Source: Candidatus Eiseniibacteriota bacterium (GTDB taxonomy: Bacteria > Joyebacterota > Joyebacteria > Joyebacterales > Joyebacteraceae). Taken from it: a stretch of 64,000 nt of DNA. The DNA lies in the NCBI GenBank assembly GCA_030609365.1, contig JAUWCJ010000001.1:1266-65265 (forward strand), written 5' to 3'. Position 1 is the first letter of the stretch. Each line of letters opens with the position of its first letter. This document shows, piece after piece, positions 35,083 through 43,200 of this stretch. A model generated the notes under the pieces. The model did not search any database, was not told where the DNA came from, and saw nothing but the letters and a program-made list of their open reading frames with translations. The translations under genes and the position numbers were made by a program.

Positions 35083-36110
35083 GAACCTTCGGTACTGTCC
35101 TTCTTCTGCTCGTTCTGATGGCCGGACCCGCCGTCTCCCAGAATGTGGGTGCGGAGGTTGAGACGGAGGTCGCTGAGTCCGACACGGCCGAGCTCGCGGA
35201 GCTCACGCCCGTGGAGCTGTTTCTGCGGGCGTCCTCGTCGGCGCTCCAGTTCGAGCACATGCGCGAGCCGTCCCGGTGCATCCTGGTATCGAACCACGAG
35301 GAGTCGCTCCCCTATCTCGTCACCCGGCTCGACACGGACGACGCGAGGGAGCGGCACGCGCTGGAGGACATCCTTGTCAGGATCGGCACCGCGGCCGCCG
35401 ATCCGGTCATAGAGGCGTTCCTGTTCGAGGCCGGGAGAACGGAGACAACTCGCGGCGCCAGGCTGGCGGCGGCGGTGCTGGGCAAAATCGGTGATGCCCG
35501 CGCCGTGGGCCCGCTCGCCTCCGTCCACGACCATCACGACTGGAAGGTGCGCGGGGCCATCGGCGGAGCGCTCGGCAGGATCGGCACGGCCGAGACGGTT
35601 CATCCTCTAGTTTCACTTCTCCTGGACGAGAACGAGGCGGTCAGGAAGAGCGCGGCCGTCGGTCTGAGGCGCGTCGCCGTACGCGCCCGTGACGACGAGG
35701 CGCCGGACCACGACGCGGCCAAGGCCCTCGACGCGGACGTCATCGAATCGCTCGCGCGTGCCCTCGGGGATCCCAGCTACGCGGTGAGATACAGCTCGGC
35801 CGATGCGCTTGCCCGCATAGGTGAGACGGCGCTGCCGCTCCTGTTTGAGATCGGTGAGGGCGGGGCGGCCGAGGCTCGATTGATGGCGCTTCGGGCCGCC
35901 GGCAAAGTCGGCTCTCGTAGGGCTCTCAAGCCGCTGGTGAGAGCGCTCAAGGACTCCGACTGGGCGGTGCGGGCGCACGCCGCAGCCGCCATCGGAACGA
36001 TCGGAGCAGACAAGCGGAGCCGTCGAGCGCTGGAGCGTCTGGTCGCTTCCGACCCCCATCCGTTCGTCGTCGCATCGGCCGCCGCCGCACTCGACTCGGA
36101 AGACCGCTAG
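35079..36110 (+). CDS. Secreted HEAT-repeat protein (PBS-lyase HEAT-like repeats)
   Basis: Signal peptide MRTFGTVLLLLVLMAGPAVSQ. Repeated ~30-aa units carry ..D/E..VR..A..ALG.IG... (e.g. DWKVRGAIGGALGRIG, NEAVRKSAAVGLRRVA, SYAVRYSSADALARIG, DWAVRAHAAAAIGTIG). The start overlaps the upstream stop (ATGA). Confidence 0.65.
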   Translation: MRTFGTVLLLLVLMAGPAVSQNVGAEVETEVAESDTAELAELTPVELFLRASSSALQFEHMREPSRCILVSNHEESLPYLVTRLDTDDARERHALEDILVRIGTAAADPVIEAFLFEAGRTETTRGARLAAAVLGKIGDARAVGPLASVHDHHDWKVRGAIGGALGRIGTAETVHPLVSLLLDENEAVRKSAAVGLRRVAVRARDDEAPDHDAAKALDADVIESLARALGDPSYAVRYSSADALARIGETALPLLFEIGEGGAAEARLMALRAAGKVGSRRALKPLVRALKDSDWAVRAHAAAAIGTIGADKRSRRALERLVASDPHPFVVASAAAALDSEDR

Positions 36111-38182
36111 CCTCCGCTGCGGGCGGCCATGAGCTCCCGCAGACGGGCCAGGTTGGCCGCGATGCCGGGGTCGTTCGGGCTCAGACGCCTGGCCTCCTCC
36201 AGTTCGCGCAGCGCCTCTTCGTAGCGTCCGGCCATTGCCAGGATGACACCGAGGTCATGCCGCGCCTGTGCATAGGTCGGGTCTATCTCGACGGCACGAG
36301 CGTACGCTCCGGCCGCCTCCGGGAGCCTCCCGGTCTCCTCGAACACCCTGCCGAGCGCGTCCCACGCCTCTGTGAATCGAGGATCGGCCATCACCGCGCA
36401 CTTGAGGTGGTACTCCGCCCGCTCGAGGTCGCCCTCCTGCGCCAACACCAGGCTCAGGTTCATGTGCGCCTGCTCCGTGTACTGGTCGAGAGCGATCGCT
36501 TCCTCGAACCACGCCTTCGCCTCCGCGACCTCTCCCCGCCCGAGCAGGAAGCTCCCGATGTTGTTCCGAACGGACGCGAGGCTCGAGTCCTTCTCGGCCG
36601 ATGACAGATACGCGGAGAGCGCCTCGTCGCTGCGACCCAGCTCTTCGAGCGCCAGGCCCATGCTGTTGTACGCCTTTGCGTATCCGGGCGATATCTCTAT
36701 GGCGCGGCGGTACTCCCTCACGGCGTTCTCGTACATCCCCTGCGCAGCACTGGCGCGCCCGAGGGTCATGTGCGTCTGAGCGCGGTCTCCCACGTGTGTG
36801 TCGTAGAAATCGTGGTTCACGAAAAGCCCTATCCCGGCGAGCGCCAGCAGCGCGACTGCGAGTTCCTTCACCCTGCCTCGCGCCGCGAGTCCGCACAGCC
36901 TGAGAACGGCCGCCGACGCAAACAGGAGGAGAAACGGAACAAGCGGCAACCTGAAGCGGGCGTTGACGAAGAACAGGAGGACGCCCGCCGTGTAGGACAG
37001 AACGAAGAGCATGGCGAGCGTGGCTGCCTTGTTCCTCCGTGCGGTGAAGAACATGCCGAGCACGGCCAGCGGCGCCATGATTCCGAAGTTGAGCCACCTG
37101 AGCCAACGGAACACCGGTGACATACGACCGAAGAAGTAGATGTCCTTGTTGTTGGCCAGCTCATAGCTGTCCCAGAAGAGCACGAACTTCCGGACGTAGA
37201 GCCTGGCAGCGGCCCCGGGGTTTCCGAGGAGAAACTCCCTTCCCCTCCCGTACCAGAAGCCCGATACCTCGCTCGGCTTCAGATCGCGCCCCAGCTGGGA
37301 TTCCGCTATCCGAACGGCGTCCTCGTTCTCCCATGACTCCCCGAGCACCGGCAGCACCGCCGACGCGCCGTCCGACGCGGAGTTGTTCCCGATGAAGAAG
37401 TTGATGCCGCCCTGAGACGCGATGGGAACGAAGTCCCGCTCGACGGCGTAGTTCCGCAGCGTCACGGGAAGAATCACCGCAGCGACACCGAGCACGACGA
37501 CCGCGAACCGCGCCGCACCCGCCTTGAACGCCGCCGGAAGTTCCACCGGCGCGCCGGCTTCGCCGGAGGTGCTTCGCGCCCGCCACCACATCCAGCAGAA
37601 CAGCGCCGGCAGGAACACGAGAACACTGGGGCGCGCGATGCCGGATATCCCCATCACGGCTCCCGCCGCGAACCAGCGTCCGCGGCCCGGTGACTCGTCC
37701 GCGCGCAGAAGCGCGCTCATCAACAGGACGTCGAGGAGCACTACCAGCGAAACAATCAGAAGCTCGTTGCTGAAGTAGAGGAACAGCGGATAGAGAGCGG
37801 CGACGGCCGCTCCCAACAACGCCTCCCTCTCTCCGAACATGCGCCTGCCGAGGAAGTACACGGCAACCGGAGTCAGGGCCGTGCAGGTCGCCTGCACAAG
37901 GCGCGCCGCCTGCAGGCTCTCCCCGAGTACCGAGAAGACGAGACCGAGGAGGTACGGATAGAGCGGCGCTCTGAAGAACACCGTGCTCCCCAGCCAGTCG
38001 CCCGCCGCGAGCGCCCTGGCCCACTCCACGTGGTACAGCTCATCCAGTATCGGGAAGCCCGCGAGCGGGCTCCCGCGCAGGTGAAGCACGTACACGAACC
38101 GGAGCACCCACGCTACTGCAAAGATGACTCCCGCCCTCAGAAGCAGCCTCTTCCGGATCTCCGCGTCGCGTTTCGGGACCAA
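36107..38182 (-). CDS. GT-C membrane glycosyltransferase (PMT_2/ArnT-like, GT39/83 family) with C-terminal TPR repeats
   Basis: N-terminal polytopic region begins DELYHVEWARALAAGDW..FFRAPLYPYLLGLVFSVLG..RLVQATCTALTPVAVYFLGRRMFG, typical of PMT_2/ArnT-family glycosyltransferases with ~10+ TM helices. The C-terminal ~250 aa are TPR repeats. Confidence 0.7.
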   Translation of the reverse strand: MVPKRDAEIRKRLLLRAGVIFAVAWVLRFVYVLHLRGSPLAGFPILDELYHVEWARALAAGDWLGSTVFFRAPLYPYLLGLVFSVLGESLQAARLVQATCTALTPVAVYFLGRRMFGEREALLGAAVAALYPLFLYFSNELLIVSLVVLLDVLLMSALLRADESPGRGRWFAAGAVMGISGIARPSVLVFLPALFCWMWWRARSTSGEAGAPVELPAAFKAGAARFAVVVLGVAAVILPVTLRNYAVERDFVPIASQGGINFFIGNNSASDGASAVLPVLGESWENEDAVRIAESQLGRDLKPSEVSGFWYGRGREFLLGNPGAAARLYVRKFVLFWDSYELANNKDIYFFGRMSPVFRWLRWLNFGIMAPLAVLGMFFTARRNKAATLAMLFVLSYTAGVLLFFVNARFRLPLVPFLLLFASAAVLRLCGLAARGRVKELAVALLALAGIGLFVNHDFYDTHVGDRAQTHMTLGRASAAQGMYENAVREYRRAIEISPGYAKAYNSMGLALEELGRSDEALSAYLSSAEKDSSLASVRNNIGSFLLGRGEVAEAKAWFEEAIALDQYTEQAHMNLSLVLAQEGDLERAEYHLKCAVMADPRFTEAWDALGRVFEETGRLPEAAGAYARAVEIDPTYAQARHDLGVILAMAGRYEEALRELEEARRLSPNDPGIAANLARLRELMAARSGG

Positions 38183-38742
38183 TGGACCTCCATCTCTGAG
38201 GTGCGCTCACGGCCTCATAACAGCGCTTCGTCAAGATTATTTGCGCTCGTCCACTCGCGTGCGGAGCGAACGCAGAACCTATCCTAGCGGAAACAGGCCG
38301 CGACACAAAGCAAGCATGCCAAGCCCGACGCCCTGCGTAGACGGCGTCAAAGCGACATTACGGCGATATGGGGCAATTGGCCTGAATCCCTCGCACACCG
38401 CATCGAGACAGGAAAACACCGTCTGACTTCCTGCTCAACTTGTCTCAACATGTGCGCTTTGTACGAAAAACTCATTGACCCGGAGGCGGGGATGCTATAG
38501 ACTACTAGTCGAACTACGGGAGATTATCACCAAGCACATGCGAGCGTGATTGTGTGTCGCCTGGGCTCACACGAGTTCAGGTGGCAAGTGTGTGCAGGTG
38601 CCGAGTCGGGGGCCGGCATCTTCACCGTGCATCCGCGTCGACTGATGATGCAGCAGTGCTTGGTGGTGAAGCAACATCTGGCTACTGGTCAATTCGAAGT
38701 GAAGCAGAGAGTAACTCACAAGAAGGAAAGGAGACGGACGGC

Positions 38743-39405
38743 ATGAAAAGGCTAACGTTTGCAGCTGTTGTGCTGGCGTTCGCGCTCCTCGTTGTGCAGA
38801 CCGCCGCGGCCGACGATTCGTACATGATCGGCATGCAGGGAGTCGGCAGCCTGATGAAGAGTCCCGTTGTCTACAGCGGGAGCTTCATGTGGGGTCTCGT
38901 TGGTTCGTGGGAGATCACGCTCGACGACTCCATGTGGCCCGGCGAGGCAGACAGCACCGCGAGGTTCGACTACATATGGGACAACTTCTTCGCCGACCAC
39001 TACATCGACACGACGGGTGCGGAGAGCTGGACCGGTTACTTCGATGGCGCGACACTGATGGCGGCTCCGCGCTTCCGGTTTGACACCATCTCTCCGGTAG
39101 GCGCGATCGAGGGCGACATCACCTTCTCGATTCTCGTGCGCGACTGGTACGCGGACGGGATACTGTCGCAGCAGGAAAAGCATCACAACCTGAACCTGAG
39201 TGCGACGCTCAGTCTGAATCCGAGCCTCGGCGAGGGCTATTTCGAGAATATGTGCGGGCACGGTTCGGTCAGCTCGGGCAACTTCAACTTCCATAACCCA
39301 CCGCTGGACGACAACCTGCAGATAGTCGGACAGATCCAGACCTACACTTGCCCCAGCCCGGTGGAAGAGACGACCTGGGGCGCGATGAAGGCGCTGTTCA
39401 GGTAG
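38743..39405 (+). CDS. Secreted protein, paralog 1 of a tandem pair, ending in TWGAMKALFR tag
   Basis: The start at MKRLTFAAVVLAFALLVVQTAAADD (RBS AGGAAAGGAG) is preferred to the ORF start at 38554. It shares SPVVYSGS.., GSWEITLDD..WP, YIWDN and GYFDG with the downstream paralog. The C-terminus is EETTWGAMKALFR. Confidence 0.55.
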   Translation: MKRLTFAAVVLAFALLVVQTAAADDSYMIGMQGVGSLMKSPVVYSGSFMWGLVGSWEITLDDSMWPGEADSTARFDYIWDNFFADHYIDTTGAESWTGYFDGATLMAAPRFRFDTISPVGAIEGDITFSILVRDWYADGILSQQEKHHNLNLSATLSLNPSLGEGYFENMCGHGSVSSGNFNFHNPPLDDNLQIVGQIQTYTCPSPVEETTWGAMKALFR

Positions 39406-39484
39406 GCAGGCGGCGAAACCGATACAGGTAATCGAGAGAGTGTTCGAGTAACAGCCCGAAAGGGCGAGGCCAAAGGAGAGGACA

Positions 39485-40132
39485 ATGCGCGCACTTCTGA
39501 TAGTTTTGGCTGTTGCGGCCCTTGCAACTGCGGCCTACGGCCAGGAGACGTTTGTTTGGTTCTACGGCGCGGGAACGGGCGACTTCATGGACAGCCCCGT
39601 GGTCTTCGGCGGCGCCATGGATCCCGGCGGTGACATAGAGCTCGGATCGTGGTCAATCACGATCCCGGACGACGGTTGGCCCACTGACCCGGTCGACCGG
39701 TCCACCTACATCTGGAACACGTACTACGCGCCGAACTACACACCCGGCAACCCGAGCTTCTGGAAGGGCTACTTCGACACAGAGCACGGTGCACCCGACA
39801 TGAACGCTCTGTTGATCGTCGACGACACGAACGGCGGCGTCATGACCGGTATCTGCTCCGTTGAGATCCAGGTTCAGGATCTGAACAACAACGGCGTGCT
39901 CGACGAGGGCGAGTTCTGCAGCGGCAGCCTTTCCGGTCTCGTCATCATCATCCGGGACGGCACGGGCGTGTACGACGGCATGTGCGGAACGGGCAACTAC
40001 TTCGGCAGCTACATCAAGGACTGCCCGCTCACGACCGAGACCTGGAACTTCGGTATGTATCTCTGGCTCGAGGACTGCACCACGCCGGTCGAGGACGCGA
40101 CCTGGGGCGCCATCAAGGCCCTGTATCAGTAG
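39485..40132 (+). CDS. Secreted protein, paralog 2 of a tandem pair, ending in TWGAIKALYQ tag
   Basis: Signal peptide MRALLIVLAVAALATAAYG. Motifs SPVVFGGA.., GSWSITIPDDGWP, YIWNT and GYFDT match the upstream paralog. The C-terminus is EDATWGAIKALYQ. Confidence 0.6.
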   Translation: MRALLIVLAVAALATAAYGQETFVWFYGAGTGDFMDSPVVFGGAMDPGGDIELGSWSITIPDDGWPTDPVDRSTYIWNTYYAPNYTPGNPSFWKGYFDTEHGAPDMNALLIVDDTNGGVMTGICSVEIQVQDLNNNGVLDEGEFCSGSLSGLVIIIRDGTGVYDGMCGTGNYFGSYIKDCPLTTETWNFGMYLWLEDCTTPVEDATWGAIKALYQ

Positions 40133-40266
40133 TTCGGATTTCGCGAGCACCAGGAGCACCCGGCCCGCGATATACCTGACACGAGTCCTCGTACTGCGGT
40201 GCGGGGACTCGTCAGATGAATCAGGGTAGCGTGGCAGGTGCTCTGCAAACAGGAACAACGATACAG

Positions 40267-43200
40267 ATGATCTTTCGAAGCGGGAGGCGTGCGGGGCGCT
40301 CCGCAGCTTGGATGCTCATCGCCGTCCTCCTTGCAGGCGCAATCGGCAGCACCCTGTTTACGGCAGCAGCCCAAGCAGAGCGACGAGCGCCTGCACCAAC
40401 GACCATAGCGCTCACGAGCGCGGACACCCATCAAGCTGGCGTCGCCAACGCGCGCCAGCTTCTGTCTTGTCTTGCCCAACGGGATGACGACTCCGACGGT
40501 ATATCAAGAAGACTTGTTGCGCTCCCCGACTGCAATGGCGCGATAGTGGAAGCCGTTGTTCTCTCGGGCCTCCGCCTGTCACAGGACGAGGCAGCGGAAC
40601 TCGCATGGGTACAGGACATCGCCAGGATCAGAGAGCAGACGGTCGCCGTGGTCGCCATCGACTCAGACGCTGTTCGCTCCGAGCAGGCACGGCTCGGTCT
40701 TCCGGACGGCATCGAGATAGTCGTCGCTCCCGAGGGGGCGCGTGGACCGGTCTCGAAGAACACTGGTCCCTTCACGGGTGTCTGCGAGAGCGCAATCCTC
40801 AACTACGATGCGTCCGGCAACCAAGCCCCGAGGTGGGCGCCGCCCTCGTCCGCCGCGAAGCGGCGCGGTGGCGTGACCTACTGCTACTCGGTGGAGGACT
40901 GCGCGTCGGCCGGCATCGACCTGCTCGTCGTCGTCGCGGATGAGCTTCACTACTCGCCGGTTCTGCAGGCGTTCGCGAATCACCACTCGTCGTACCTGGG
41001 ACTTAACATCGGCGTCGTGGGCACCTCCGCTCTGGCGGAGCTTGCTCCTGAGGCTCTGCGCGGATTCATCCAGGACGTGTACGAAACACAGTCGGCGGCG
41101 CATTTCGGGGACGGACACCTGGGCTTCGTCATCCTCGTGGGCGACGCATATGCCGACGACAACACCACGGTAATGATCCCTACATACGACGGCTACGGTG
41201 GGACGGAGGTGGCGTCCGACCACTACTATGCGTGCGTCAGCGGAGACGATGACTTCGAAGACGTCATGATAGGTCGCCTCTCGGTGGGCAACGTGAACGA
41301 GCTGGTGGCCATCGTCGGCAAGTGCGCAAACTACATGCCCATGCCCAGTGGAGAGCCGTGGACCGAGAGCACTCTCCTTGTCGCGGGGCTCTTCTACACG
41401 ATCAAGGACGACTACGTCACGCTGTTCGACGAGTACGAGGAACTCATGCCGGACGGCTGGCCGATCGACCGGATCTACAGACACGACTACGCGAACGACC
41501 ATCTCTGCTCGCTGGACGTGGTTGAGGCCTTCAACGAGGGTCACCTGATAGTCAACTACGCGGGGGACGGATGGATCTCGTCCTGGTATCGGGTGATGGA
41601 CACCACGGACATCCCGCTCATGGACAACGGCGACCGTCTTCCCATCGTGCTGTCGATGGCGTGTATGACCGGATGGTACGACAACACGACGGAGATCGAC
41701 CCGAACGGCTCCTACGACTGCTTCGCCGAGCAGATAGTCAACACATCGGGGAGGGGCGCCATCGCGTGCCTGGCGGCGCCGCGCGCCAGCGACGGCGGCA
41801 TGTTCCGTACGCTGACCAAGAGCATCTACCGTGCCGTGTTCACAGAGAACAGCGTCTTCCTCGGCGAGACCGTGGCCCTAGCGAAGCTCCTCCACCTTCA
41901 GGACGGCGGGAGCGTCGATTACCCCCGCCACTTCAACCTCTTCGGGGACCCGGCGCTCATCTACAGATGGGATACGGCACCGACAGACGCGCCTGAACTC
42001 GTCGTGAGACCACACGAGGTCGTGACAGCTCCCGAACTTCCGGCGATCGGTGACAATCTGACGGTCGAGATGACCGTGAGGAACACGAGCACCCTGATGG
42101 CCACTGACGTGCTGCTCCGCGTGACGGACGTCTCTGCAGCGGGCTCCTATTCCCAGGACATCTTCATTCCTTCGATCAGCGACTGGTCGTCCGAGACCGT
42201 GACGGCCGTGATTCCCGCGCTCGCAGGCGGATGGCACATGCTCGACGTTACGGTCGATCCGAACGGGACCATCGACGAGATAGACGAGGACAACAACACG
42301 GTCACCCTTGATATCTACGCCTATCCGCACGTGGTCGGATTCCCGGCGGACGCGGGCCCCGATGTCTTCGGACCTTGCATCGCGCGCCTCAACGGAACGG
42401 AAACGCACATTCTCCTTATGGAAGGCGATGCGGTTGTTCGCGCGCTCGATTCGTCCGGTCATACCGTGTGGGTCACCGACCCGGCGACGGCCCCGGCCAA
42501 CTACGGGCCGGAGATCGCCCCGGCCGTGGGAGATCTCGACAACGACGGCATCAATGAGGTCGTGGCCACCAGGCGAATGGGTCTCTCGGCGTTCGATTCG
42601 GAAGGACAGGTTCTCTGGGATCTCATCACGGACGACCCGGTCGGCTCCCCCGTGCTGGCCGACGCGGACACGGACGGTGATCTCGACGTCATCCTCGCAA
42701 CGAAGATGTTCTTTGGAGGAGGCTCGGCGATAATCGCGGTCGACGAGAACGGGACGCTGATCTGGTCCTACTCGCTGCCCTCGGGTGACCCGACCAGCGC
42801 GACCCCCGCGGTCGGCGACTTCGATCTGGACGGAATCACCGACTTCGTCTTCGGTACGCTCGGAGGGAAGGTGGGCGCCGCTTCGTGCTCGCAAACCCCG
42901 CCGGTCGAGCTGTGGCCTGCCGTCCAGCTGGGCGCGCACGCCATTGATGTTCTGGGACTTGCCGACCTCGATAACGACGGCATGCTCGAGATCGCCGCCA
43001 TCGGTGGCAGCGTGTACGCCCTGAACACTGAGGACGGCACAGAGAGCTGGACGGTCGCCCTGGACACTACCGCGGTGGCGCTGGCCATCGGTGATATCGA
43101 CTCCGATGGAGTCGCTGACGTTGTGACCGGGACCGCGGCAGGAACGATCTACGCACTCAAGAACGGTGTCGAGATCTGGACCTCCCCGCTTTCCTCGAAG

